64,000 nt of DNA. It comes from Thermodesulfobacteriota bacterium (lineage in GTDB: Bacteria > Desulfobacterota_D > UBA1144 > Nemesobacterales > Nemesobacteraceae). The stretch is taken from contig OZ244920.1 in assembly GCA_965221875.1 (NCBI GenBank), positions 1,502,444-1,566,443 of the forward strand, given 5' to 3'. Under the pieces are notes generated by a model. The model saw only the letters and a list, made by a program, of their open reading frames with translations. It was not told where the DNA came from and did not search any database. How positions within the stretch are numbered: position 1 is the stretch's first letter; every line of letters starts with the position of its first letter. Positions 9,985 to 19,315 of the stretch are shown here, one piece after another. The position numbers and the translations under genes are program-made.

Positions 9985-11307
9985 TCAGACGATCTCGTGG
10001 CAAACCTTCTGTTTTCTCCGTCGCACATCATATCCCACCGCCAGCAGAATCGGGACAAACTCAAGTACTCGCGCCCATATCGGCTGCTGATAGGGGCCCA
10101 TGGCGTAATCATCAAGGTTAAGACCGGTTACATAACTTATAAGCACCGCAAGTGAAGCCGTCCATGCCCAGGCACTTGGAAAAATGGCTGCAAAAGGCAG
10201 AAGCCAGAGCAGGTACCAGGGATTTATTACAGGCGATATCAGAAATAGCGCTCCATAAAGCCAGTCCCCCCGGGGCACTTTCCCGCCGCTTTTTCTGTAG
10301 CTGACGGCGTAGGATATCCACAGGACAGCAAACCCTAGGCCGAGTAGTGCCTTTGTCCTGAATGCTCCCAGAGCTTCTGAGAAAGGAGCGAAGAGCATGG
10401 AATTAAATTCCCACTCCCGCGCGAAAACCGCAAACGATTCCATGTCTGTCCCGCCGCTTAAGACAAACGGAGCGTAAAGCCCCAGCAATACTGCCGCAGA
10501 CAGTATCCAGTACTTCGCTGCGGCGCGAAGAAGAACCAGAGGAACTAGGACCAGTGCGAACACCTTGGCCCCGGCTGCAAGGCCTAGGCAGACTGCGGCA
10601 CTTCTCCATCGAGATTTTTGCGAGAGGATAATCGCACCCAGAAGCAGGCAGATTCCGACTCCGTCGGGGTGAGCGGTAAAGGCTATTTCCTTTACGACAA
10701 GCGGACACCAGGCATAGAGCATTACGTTGGCCGCGGATGTAAGGCGAAAAAGCAGGGTTATTGTCACAAGATCAAACAATACAAGAATTGCCTGCAACAC
10801 CGTTACGCTTCCTGGGTAAATCCAGTAGCCGAGAAGAAAGACAAGCTGGGTGACAGGGGCGTAGATGGTCGGCAGTTCGGGATTGTTTATCTGATCCAGA
10901 ACCCTTTTGAACAGTTGCGGAACCGAGTGGTCGGCAAAGAAGGCCTCGGGGGCGACTCCGTAGGGCGTGGCGGTCGTCGCGAAGCGGTAGCCGTCCCAGA
11001 GATATCTGTAGAAATCATCCTCGAAAAAAGGTCCGCCGAGGAGCCCACAGACTCTGAATACGGCCGCCCATAGAAGAACGCGCCCAAACGGGACCCGCTC
11101 GCCTCGTCGGGAGACATAAAAGTAGAGAAGAAATACAGGCAGCCCTGCGCACGCCGCCAGAGCAAAGAACAGAAAAAGGGAAGGCTCTCCGGGCTGCCGG
11201 GCGAAAAAGGCAAGAGTCGCGTAGGCTGCGGTGCACCAGAGACCGACTATGTCGGTTAACCGGCGAACCGTGACCGAAGATTGAGTGCCTATGTTCAGAA
11301 GGGACAT
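9985..11307 (-). CDS. Polytopic membrane glycosyltransferase, GT-C fold (GT87/DUF2029-like)
   Basis: EDDFYRYLWDG acidic loop after the early TMs, PTIYAP, YAWCPL, PVINPWY; many TM helices. Confidence 0.7.
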   Translation of the reverse strand: MSLLNIGTQSSVTVRRLTDIVGLWCTAAYATLAFFARQPGEPSLFLFFALAACAGLPVFLLYFYVSRRGERVPFGRVLLWAAVFRVCGLLGGPFFEDDFYRYLWDGYRFATTATPYGVAPEAFFADHSVPQLFKRVLDQINNPELPTIYAPVTQLVFLLGYWIYPGSVTVLQAILVLFDLVTITLLFRLTSAANVMLYAWCPLVVKEIAFTAHPDGVGICLLLGAIILSQKSRWRSAAVCLGLAAGAKVFALVLVPLVLLRAAAKYWILSAAVLLGLYAPFVLSGGTDMESFAVFAREWEFNSMLFAPFSEALGAFRTKALLGLGFAVLWISYAVSYRKSGGKVPRGDWLYGALFLISPVINPWYLLWLLPFAAIFPSAWAWTASLAVLISYVTGLNLDDYAMGPYQQPIWARVLEFVPILLAVGYDVRRRKQKVCHEIV

Positions 11308-11505
11308 TCTTTTAGAGATAAGGTCTCCCGATTGAATTCACTCCGGTTATGCTTGTTTTACTCATTTGACTTTCTCTTTATATCATCATCGTAAAAACAC
11401 CTGATTATACGAAAAAATCAATAGTTACAGGGAAATAGATACCTGTTTTTTACTTGCTTCATTGGTTTTGATATAGTTTCTTGTTGTTGATAAGGAGGTA
11501 TCCCC

Positions 11506-12018
11506 GTGTTAAGAGCACTGCTAGCTTTACTCTTTCTTTCTGCGAGTTGTAGTCTTAGTGCAAAAGATATTATTGATGAACTTATCGACTATGGAGAAGA
11601 AGGATATGAGTGCTACGACGGAGATGCTACACTTCCCGTAGGAAGTCATGCTAAAGAACTTATAACTCCAACCGATTCTGCCTGGCAATGCACTAGCGGC
11701 AGGAGAGACTTACGTTTGCATGCCGATGGCTCGTTCCAGGTTAGACTTGTCGGAGAGGTCTACTCAGACATTCTTGAGTATACAAGAGAATGCGGTGGTT
11801 ACCCGGACATAATTCAGACGGGTGACTGGGTAGTGGATGCTGAAGGGCGTCTTTGTAGCAAGAACGACTACTTTCAGCCTGCTATCTATGGTTGCCGGAA
11901 ATACACGTTAAAGGACCAGTTCCTTTCCCTTCTAGGACATGACTATTACGAGAATGGAAAGCTTATAAGAAGCGAGCTTGATTCAGACACCTGCCTGTTA
12001 GTACCAGACGATCGTTAA
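11506..12018 (+). CDS. Secreted hypothetical protein with 6 Cys in the mature part
   Basis: AAGGAGGT RBS before GTG; signal peptide MLRALLALLFLSASCSLSA. Confidence 0.75.
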   Translation: MLRALLALLFLSASCSLSAKDIIDELIDYGEEGYECYDGDATLPVGSHAKELITPTDSAWQCTSGRRDLRLHADGSFQVRLVGEVYSDILEYTRECGGYPDIIQTGDWVVDAEGRLCSKNDYFQPAIYGCRKYTLKDQFLSLLGHDYYENGKLIRSELDSDTCLLVPDDR

Positions 12019-12157
12019 CCGTCTGGATCGCGCTGTTTGTCCATTTCCTTATAGCTTTATGGGCAGCTAGAGGGTTAAACTACTCGGTAAACCGGTTTCC
12101 GCATTTTTATATATGTATGTAATTCCATATGTTTGAGTACTAGTCTAAACCCAGAAG

Positions 12158-13045
12158 ATGAGGGCAAAGTCACGTATGATAAGACGAACTGTCGCAGGAT
12201 GTCCGAAGGTTTACAGCTTTCTGTTTTTTACATTTGCCGTCTCAGTCGTTTTTCTCGTGAGTACGTTTTCCGTATCGGCAAAATCCATGCCGGATCCGCT
12301 CTGGAACAAGACAGAAGAGACAAGCGCGAAGCGAATTGATCATGGACTCTGGCAGCGGACACTTGATGAGTACCTGCAGGTTCACAGTTCAGGCGTCAAC
12401 AGATTTGACTATGGGGCACTCAAGAAAAATGCCGCGGACGGAGCGAAGCTTGCAAAATACCTTGACTACCTGCAGCACATTGATCCGAGAGAGTATTCAA
12501 AAGCCGAGCAGAAGGCTTACTGGATAAATTTCTACAACTCCCTTACTGTAAAACTTGTAGTGGACGCCCACCCCGTTGATTCCATACTCAACATATGCGA
12601 GGACCGGGCTTCGGGTTCAAAGTGCTCGGGTCCGTGGAAGGAAAAACATGTGAAAGTGGCCGGACGGGGTTTGACTCTTGACAATATCGAAAACGACATC
12701 CTCCGGCCCGTCTGGAAAGACAATCTTATTCACTACGGCCTTAGCTGCGCGAGCTACGGATGTCCGAGTCTTCTTAAGACTGCTTTTACCGCGGAGAATA
12801 CGGACAAACTGCTCGCCGCGGCGGCAAGGGAGTACGTCAATCATCCCCGCGGGGTGAATTTTCTTGAAGACGACCTGCTTGTCATCTCCAGTATTTACGA
12901 CTGGTACAAAGAAGATTTCGGCAAAAGCGAGCAGGATATTATAAGGCATCTTCAAAGCTACGCGGATAAGAAACTGGCAAAGCGTCTTGCGGACTTTAAG
13001 GGAACGATAGACTATGAGTACGACTGGAGTCTTAACTGCCCCTGA
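12158..13045 (+). CDS. DUF547 domain periplasmic protein
   Basis: Signal peptide; AYWINFYN, LTLDNIENDILRP, IHYGLSCASYGCP, SSIYDWYKEDFG, YDWSLN. Confidence 0.88.
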   Translation: MRAKSRMIRRTVAGCPKVYSFLFFTFAVSVVFLVSTFSVSAKSMPDPLWNKTEETSAKRIDHGLWQRTLDEYLQVHSSGVNRFDYGALKKNAADGAKLAKYLDYLQHIDPREYSKAEQKAYWINFYNSLTVKLVVDAHPVDSILNICEDRASGSKCSGPWKEKHVKVAGRGLTLDNIENDILRPVWKDNLIHYGLSCASYGCPSLLKTAFTAENTDKLLAAAAREYVNHPRGVNFLEDDLLVISSIYDWYKEDFGKSEQDIIRHLQSYADKKLAKRLADFKGTIDYEYDWSLNCP

Positions 13046-13085
13046 CTCCTACATCTCCTATTGGAGACGGCCTGTTCCGGGACGC

Positions 13086-13143
13086 AAAAAACCCCGGTCA
13101 TTCCGGGCGGAATCTGATTAAAATCTCATCCGGAATGCCGAGG
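13086..13143 (-). terminator. Long-stem intrinsic terminator after the barrel gene
   Basis: Minus strand CCTCGGCATTCCGG...CCGGAATGACCGGGG followed by TTTTTT. Confidence 0.6.
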
Positions 13144-13192
13144 TGGAACCAAAGAAGAAACAGTTGCTTTTCCCTCTCAAATTCTTAATGTG

Positions 13193-14077
13193 TCAGAAAG
13201 AATAACCCAGTGAAACGGCGAAGATGTTGTACTCTCCCGTGTTACGTCCGTCAACAACCCTAGCGTACGAACCGCTTATGCTCGCTCCACCGCCTACGAG
13301 GAAGGTGAGAGTCGATCCGAGGGTGTGAGTATCTTCTTCCGCTTCTGGGAAGTTCTTTATGCTTGGGTCATCGGTGTGAAATGCAGGGTTTTGCTCAGGA
13401 GGGCCTCCTATGTCAATTCCGTCCGTTGAGTTCTCCATTGAGTAGTTAACGCTCAATCCAAACATGTCCGCGAAAATCAGGCTCCCAGTAATGTTGACAA
13501 AAGCCGCGTTCGGAATGCCTTCATCGCGCATCCGGTAGCCGAGTTCGCCTGATACGGCGAAGTTATCCGAGAGAAATTTGCCTATGATCGCCGATGCTTC
13601 CATGCCGTCTCCCCCGTCTCCGATCGAGTTTATGTGACCGGTGTCATAGCTTCCGGACTTTATCGCGCCCAGACGAAAGGCGATGCTTGGAGCCTGGGTT
13701 ACGGCCTCGTCAACGAGGCGAACAGTTACACCGACGTTTATATCGGTCACGCCGCTTTCATCTTCAGATGCTTTCGGGCCCGCTCCGGGTTTTGAGGCTT
13801 CGGAACCTCCCACAGTCAGATCAAGAGCCACGGAATCCATAAGTCCGTATTTTATTCCGACCAATGCGGTTTTCTGAGTAAGATCATCTTCCGCTAGGGG
13901 ACCTTTTGTTTTGGTATCTCCAGCGTAGAACTCCTCAGCATTCTGGTAGATAAGAGAAAGGGAGACGGAACCTCCTCCCGGTGCCGGAAGCCAGGCGGAA
14001 TTGCCCGCGTTTGCAAGCGGCATGTAACTGAAAACCGCCATAACAGCGGAAATTGCGATTAAACTTAATTTTCTCAT
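13193..14077 (-). CDS. Outer-membrane beta-barrel protein (putative transporter)
   Basis: Signal peptide, alternating amphipathic strands, C-terminal BAM signal SLGYSF; GGAG RBS. Confidence 0.75.
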   Translation of the reverse strand: MRKLSLIAISAVMAVFSYMPLANAGNSAWLPAPGGGSVSLSLIYQNAEEFYAGDTKTKGPLAEDDLTQKTALVGIKYGLMDSVALDLTVGGSEASKPGAGPKASEDESGVTDINVGVTVRLVDEAVTQAPSIAFRLGAIKSGSYDTGHINSIGDGGDGMEASAIIGKFLSDNFAVSGELGYRMRDEGIPNAAFVNITGSLIFADMFGLSVNYSMENSTDGIDIGGPPEQNPAFHTDDPSIKNFPEAEEDTHTLGSTLTFLVGGGASISGSYARVVDGRNTGEYNIFAVSLGYSF

Positions 14078-14115
14078 ACTTAATATCTCTCCTTATTGTT
14101 CTGTGTTATATGGAA

Positions 14116-14412
14116 TCAGAGTTTGTAACGGCGGGTCAGGTACTGGCTTACAAGTTCCTTCTCTTCAGGACTCAGACCCTCCATTTCGCCCAAGCTATCT
14201 CTCAGGGTCATGGCGCTCTCACTGTTCAGATCAGCCTTTTGCATGGCGCAGGTGTCACAGACAAGCTTGCTGAACGTTATGGCCTTTCCCTTGGCGTAAT
14301 CGCTTCTGGGGCTTGCTCCGTCGCCCGCGGAAGCGGAACCGGACGCGAAGGCGGGAACCTGAACAAACAGCATCGCAGCTGCGATCAGGGCTAAAACTGT
14401 AAAGTATTTCAT
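14116..14412 (-). CDS. Small secreted protein, cytochrome-c-like layout with CxxC but no His
   Basis: AAGGAGG RBS, signal peptide ending AFA|SGS, KGKAITFSKLVCDTCAM, LSPEEKELVSQYL. Confidence 0.75.
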   Translation of the reverse strand: MKYFTVLALIAAAMLFVQVPAFASGSASAGDGASPRSDYAKGKAITFSKLVCDTCAMQKADLNSESAMTLRDSLGEMEGLSPEEKELVSQYLTRRYKL

Positions 14413-14444
14413 CAAGTTTTTCCTCCTTGTAAAAATTCCAGATA

Positions 14445-14472
14445 ATTATAGGTTGTAATTTAAAAATGTCTA
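14445..14472 (-). promoter_or_regulatory. sigma70 promoter of the small protein-barrel operon
   Basis: Minus strand TAGACA-16 bp-TATAAT. Confidence 0.55.
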
Positions 14473-14555
14473 TCCCTGTTATTTTTTCCCCGAGGCGGTA
14501 TTGTGTTCCATAATACAGACTGAAAAGAAGCACGGCTTCTGTGAAGGAGAGAAGA

Positions 14556-15200
14556 ATGAAGTTCTTTATAGATTCGGCGAATATGGAAGAGATAAGGGCC
14601 GCTGCGGCTTTCGGTATAGTGGACGGAGTGACGACCAACCCCTCGCTTGTGTCAAAGGAAGGAAGCCAGGAAGATTTTGAGGATCTGGTAAAAGAGATAT
14701 GCGACGTAGTAAAGGGGCCTGTAAGCGCGGAGGTGCTGAGCACCGAGTACTCACTTATGGTCTCCGAGGGGAAAAAGCTTGCCGCCATAGATGAAAACGT
14801 AGTCGTCAAACTCCCTATGACGGAAGACGGGGTAAAGGCAACCAAGACCCTCTCCGATGAAGGCATAAACGTTAACGTCACACTTGTTTTTTCACCTTCA
14901 CAGGCACTTCTGGCTGCGAAAGCCGGAGCTGCTTACGTGAGCCCTTTTGTGGGCAGACTTGATGACGTATCGTCAGGCGGAATGGACCTTGTGCTTGATA
15001 TCTGCGAAATCTACGGGCACTACTCGTATGAAACCGAAATACTGGTCGCAAGCGTAAGACATCCGATGCACATAGTTGAAGCGGCGAGAATGGGAGCCGA
15101 TGTAGCCACCTTTCCCTACAAGGTGTTCACACAGCTTTTCAAGCATCCGCTAACAGATATAGGACTTAAGAGATTCCTTGAAGACTGGGGGAAAAAGTAG
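14556..15200 (+). CDS. fsa: Transaldolase / fructose-6-phosphate aldolase (short type)
   Basis: [41 protein letters not shown]. Confidence 0.93.
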   Translation: MKFFIDSANMEEIRAAAAFGIVDGVTTNPSLVSKEGSQEDFEDLVKEICDVVKGPVSAEVLSTEYSLMVSEGKKLAAIDENVVVKLPMTEDGVKATKTLSDEGINVNVTLVFSPSQALLAAKAGAAYVSPFVGRLDDVSSGGMDLVLDICEIYGHYSYETEILVASVRHPMHIVEAARMGADVATFPYKVFTQLFKHPLTDIGLKRFLEDWGKK

Positions 15201-15945
15201 GCGTACCCATGTGAGCGCAGACAAGAAACTCCCTGTTGCCCTCTGCCCCCTTGATCGGAGATTCAGTCACTCCCCTGACATTGAATCCTAGCCTGTCCAG
15301 ATGAGATGTTATCTTGTCGACGGCTTCTTTCTGCCTGTTACTGTCTCTTACAATCCCACCGGCTCCGACATCTTTTCTCCCCACCTCGAACTGGGGTTTT
15401 ACAAGGGCGATAAGCGTGGCGTTTTCGGCAGTTACACGGACGGCAGGTTCTATTATCATCGCAAGAGAGATAAAGGATACGTCGATAGTGACTATATCCA
15501 CTTTTTCTCCCACGTCTTCAGGCTTGAGGTATCTGCAGTTTATTTTCTCCCTCACGATAACTCGCCTGTCATTTCTGAGCTTCCAGTCAATCTGTCCGTA
15601 ACCGACGTCAAAGGCGTATACCCTTTGCGCTCCAAAATGCAGAAGACAGTCGGTGAATCCTCCCGTCGAGGCTCCTACGTCTAGGGCTACCTTTCCACTG
15701 ACGTCAACGGAAAATTCCGTTATCGCCTTCTCAAGCTTGAGACCCGCCCTGCTTGCAAACTTCCTCCCAGGCTCCTCCACCTCTATCCTTGAGTCCTCTC
15801 TCACGGAAGTTCCGGGCTTCTCCACCCTTTTTCCATTAACGCTCACCCTCCCGGACATTACAAGGGCACGGGCGCGGTTTCCGCTCGGCGCGAGGTTCCT
15901 TCGCACCATAAGGCTGTCAAGTCTTGTCTTATTCTTCTCTTTCAC
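15166..15945 (-). CDS. tlyA: TlyA family rRNA 2'-O-methyltransferase
   Basis: S4 domain, [35 protein letters not shown]. Confidence 0.93.
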   Translation of the reverse strand: MKEKNKTRLDSLMVRRNLAPSGNRARALVMSGRVSVNGKRVEKPGTSVREDSRIEVEEPGRKFASRAGLKLEKAITEFSVDVSGKVALDVGASTGGFTDCLLHFGAQRVYAFDVGYGQIDWKLRNDRRVIVREKINCRYLKPEDVGEKVDIVTIDVSFISLAMIIEPAVRVTAENATLIALVKPQFEVGRKDVGAGGIVRDSNRQKEAVDKITSHLDRLGFNVRGVTESPIKGAEGNREFLVCAHMGTPTFSPSLQGIS

Positions 15946-16822
15946 GCAACCAGAGGGCTATTTCTCTTAGAGGATTTGGAGTTCTCTGAAAACTCTCAAG
16001 CTCTCCTATGGCTTGGTTTGTGAACTCGGAGACCTTCGCGTTTGATTCCTGGACCCCCATAATCGATACGTAGGTGTGTTTCTTGGGTTCGGTTTTGACT
16101 TCTGGACCCCGTGTCGTGTCGTGGTTTCCCGTAACATCCAGGATATCGTCTTTTATCTGAAAGGCGACGCCTATTTTCTCCGAATAGGATTCAAGCTTCT
16201 GAAGTTCTTTCTCCTCCGCTCCGGCGAGGATTGCTCCACTAAGAACGGATGCCGTGATCATTTTTGCCGTTTTCATCATGTAGGTATTCAAGGTTTCTCT
16301 AACGGATGGATGTTCGTCTCCATCCATTTCAAGGTCAAATGCCTGCCCGAGAACCATTCCCTTCGATCCCGCGGCCTCGGAAATAACGGAAATAACCCGC
16401 AGTACAAGTTCCGACGACATACCCTGCTCGAGGAACCTTTCCGTTATCAGGCTGAAGGCGTCGGTTAAAAGAGCGTCTCCCGCCAGCGTGGCCACGGCTT
16501 CTCCGAAAACTTTGTGGTTTGACGGGTTTCCTCTTCTGGTATCGTCATCATCCATTGAGGGAAGATCATCATGAATGATGGAATAGGTATGGATCATCTC
16601 AATCGCGCACGCCGCTGGCAGAACGTTTTTATGGCTTCCGCATATAAGCTCCGCGGCGGCGAGACACAGGATCGGTCTTAGTCTTTTTCCGCCCGGATTG
16701 ATGCTGTAGGCAATTGATTGATGGAGTTTTGTTTCAGCCTTATCCAGAGGCAGGTATTCGCGCAGACTACGGTCAATGATCTCTTTTCTTCTGTAGAGAT
16801 AATCTCTTGTGTCAAAACTCAT
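15929..16822 (-). CDS. ispA: Polyprenyl (farnesyl/geranylgeranyl) diphosphate synthase
   Basis: GGKRLRP, HDDLPSMDDDDTRRG, FQIKDDILD. Confidence 0.92.
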   Translation of the reverse strand: MSFDTRDYLYRRKEIIDRSLREYLPLDKAETKLHQSIAYSINPGGKRLRPILCLAAAELICGSHKNVLPAACAIEMIHTYSIIHDDLPSMDDDDTRRGNPSNHKVFGEAVATLAGDALLTDAFSLITERFLEQGMSSELVLRVISVISEAAGSKGMVLGQAFDLEMDGDEHPSVRETLNTYMMKTAKMITASVLSGAILAGAEEKELQKLESYSEKIGVAFQIKDDILDVTGNHDTTRGPEVKTEPKKHTYVSIMGVQESNAKVSEFTNQAIGELESFQRTPNPLREIALWLREREE

Positions 16823-17059
16823 TTACTGTTCTTCATCGCTAAAATCTTCAAGATCAAAAGTGCCGTCGTTTTTTTCCACTATAAGGCTTATTTTCTTTTT
16901 TACGCTCTCAAGATTTAAATAACATTCCTTTATAAGGCTTGCACCGCGTTCGAATTTTTCAATGGATTCATCAAGAGGCAGTTTCCCCGCCTCAAGCGTC
17001 TCGACGATTTTCTTTATTTCATCGAGAAGGTTTTCAAAGGATTTCATCTCGGAACTCAT
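16823..17059 (-). CDS. xseB: Exodeoxyribonuclease VII small subunit
   Basis: FENLLDEIKKIVETLEAGKLPLDESIEKFERG; precedes ispA. Confidence 0.9.
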   Translation of the reverse strand: MSSEMKSFENLLDEIKKIVETLEAGKLPLDESIEKFERGASLIKECYLNLESVKKKISLIVEKNDGTFDLEDFSDEEQ

Positions 17060-17072
17060 CTTTTCTTCACCT

Positions 17073-18956
17073 CTACACTTCAATTAGTTCTTTTTCCATT
17101 TTCCTGACAACCTCGGGGCTCGAGAAAAGCGGATCCATATCCAGAATGGATATGATATCGCCCGCTTCGAGGTTAAAGCCTTCATGACAAACAAAAACTT
17201 CGTCAGTTCTTTCCCTCTCCACGATAAGTGGAATCAGGCGTTCGGTAAGCGATTTATCGAAATCCATTTTATTGATTGTTTCTTTGGTGAGCCGGGACCT
17301 GAAAACGACATATTTCTGCTCGGTAATTCTGGAATATAAGTCCATTACGTCAATTTTTTTTCCAAAAGCAAGGGGAACCCTGAATCTCTGCATGTCCTCA
17401 ATATCAGAAGGACTTGCCATCCTGTTTATAAGTGCGCACACGCTGTTGACCTTGAAGTCTATTCTAACCAGACGGCATGCAAGGACGTTCACATGATCGC
17501 TCGTTGTAAGAGATATGAGGGTATCCGGGGAAGAAATCTCCGTTTTCTCAAGTCCGTCCACAGTCAAACTGTTCCCTTCAATCGCCCTTAGTCCCTCTGA
17601 CTTAGAAATCTCAACAAGCCTTCTGTTTGTGTCTATTAGGCGAACGTCCTTGCCGGTTCTCTCAAGGAGTCTCGCGAGAAGTCTTGAGAGATTATTAGCC
17701 CCTACAATCACCACTTTGTTTCTCTTGTCGTTAACCCCAAGCACTCTCGATACAAATCCTCCGGCACCCCCTTGAAGCAGAACCGAGATTGCTATTGTGA
17801 GAAAAACCAGTCCTTGGACGGTATTGCCCCCTTGAACGTCGTGTTGTTGCAGTTCCAGAGCGATGATAGAAGCTATTGACGCGGCAATTATTCCTCTTGG
17901 AGAAACGAACGAGAGAAACAATTTTTCCCTGACCGAAAGACTGGAACGCAGGCACAGAAGAAATATCTCCACCGGACGTACAATAAAAAGCAGACAGAAC
18001 ACGACTAAAAGACCATAGATTCCAAGATCCTTTATGTAGTCAAGTTCCAAGCTTGCCGCAAGAAAAATGAAGAGCAGTGAAATGACAAGGATTGTAAGCT
18101 TGCCCTTGAATTTCTTCATTTCCTCTTCTTCTGGAATATTCAGGTTTCCGATTATAGCTCCAGAGACGATGGCTGCTACAAGTCCAGCCTCCGGAGCCAA
18201 CATCTCCGCAAACCCGTAGACGGCAAGTGCAGAGGCAAGCATGAAAAGATCTACAAAATCCTCCATGTAGATATAGAATCTCTTGACGGAGAAAGCCGCT
18301 ATGTAACCTCCGAGGAAACCTAAAACTCCTCCTACTATAAATTTGTAAGCGACAAGAAGCACTACCCGACCTATCTCCGTTATATGACCTCCAAATCCGA
18401 GAACCAAGCCAGTCGCAGCGTGGCTACTTTCGAAGAGAACCACCTCAACTACGAAAATAGCTATCAATGCCCCAATAGGGTCAATCAGCACTCCTTCGTA
18501 TTCAAGTATGTGTTTTAAGTTGGGCTTGACCTTGAATCTTCTCAGCAGAGGCTGAACGACGGTCGGACCGGTTACTATGACCAGAGAACCGTAAACAAAG
18601 GCCATTTCCCAGGAAAGGTCGGCCACATAGTGCGCGAAAGCTGCTCCGCCTATCATCGTAATCAGCCCGCCCACGGTTATCAGCAGCAGTATTATGTTTC
18701 CGTGGCTAAGCGCTTCTTCTTTGTTCAGGTTAAGTCCCGCTTCGAAAAGAACGATGGCTACACAGAGTTTTATTATTATTTCAAGTCCTTCTCCAAACTC
18801 AGAGGGATGGACCAGAGACAAGAATTCAGGTCCTACAAGAACCCCGAAAATGAGGAAAAACACAATACTTGGAAACCCCGTCCTGATAGAGAGCATCTGG
18901 CCGATTACTCCTAATACCAAGGCGAGGGATACCATAACAAGCAAAGAGATACCCAC
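17073..18956 (-). CDS. NhaP-type cation:proton antiporter with TrkA-N domain
   Basis: LFEAGL, VTGPTVV, EGVLIDPIG, PRGIIAAS; C-terminal Rossmann VVIVGAN. Confidence 0.88.
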   Translation of the reverse strand: MGISLLVMVSLALVLGVIGQMLSIRTGFPSIVFFLIFGVLVGPEFLSLVHPSEFGEGLEIIIKLCVAIVLFEAGLNLNKEEALSHGNIILLLITVGGLITMIGGAAFAHYVADLSWEMAFVYGSLVIVTGPTVVQPLLRRFKVKPNLKHILEYEGVLIDPIGALIAIFVVEVVLFESSHAATGLVLGFGGHITEIGRVVLLVAYKFIVGGVLGFLGGYIAAFSVKRFYIYMEDFVDLFMLASALAVYGFAEMLAPEAGLVAAIVSGAIIGNLNIPEEEEMKKFKGKLTILVISLLFIFLAASLELDYIKDLGIYGLLVVFCLLFIVRPVEIFLLCLRSSLSVREKLFLSFVSPRGIIAASIASIIALELQQHDVQGGNTVQGLVFLTIAISVLLQGGAGGFVSRVLGVNDKRNKVVIVGANNLSRLLARLLERTGKDVRLIDTNRRLVEISKSEGLRAIEGNSLTVDGLEKTEISSPDTLISLTTSDHVNVLACRLVRIDFKVNSVCALINRMASPSDIEDMQRFRVPLAFGKKIDVMDLYSRITEQKYVVFRSRLTKETINKMDFDKSLTERLIPLIVERERTDEVFVCHEGFNLEAGDIISILDMDPLFSSPEVVRKMEKELIEV

Positions 18957-19121
18957 CCTTTTTTACGGAAGTTAAGGTTCTAAAAAGAACCTTTAAAGGC
19001 CAATTATAACCCGCGCAAGCTTAAAAATGAAACAGAAATCATCCATGCGGAATAGTCAATTTATTGATTAGAGAGATTCTGCGAGGCGATCTCAGTTCTC
19101 AAAAAGGTTATAGCAACAGGT

Positions 19122-19198
<77 letters not shown>

Positions 19199-19315
19199 AC
19201 AGAAGTTCTGAAATGGAAAAAGCTAATTGAAAATTCTGTCATGTCAAGCAGGTGAGAGAGTCTTTTTGTTGAAAAACAGCCCGAAAACGGTATTTTCCAT
19301 GCCGAGGTCTATTCT

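Noticed and set aside
9915-10115. N-terminal 67 aa of track ORF 9465..10115
   Set aside because: Overlaps the glycosyltransferase 3' end; ATG 9914 is more plausible.
13095-13140. GTCATTCCGG...CCGGAATG palindrome as a REP element
   Set aside because: Only one copy noticed; a terminator explains it.
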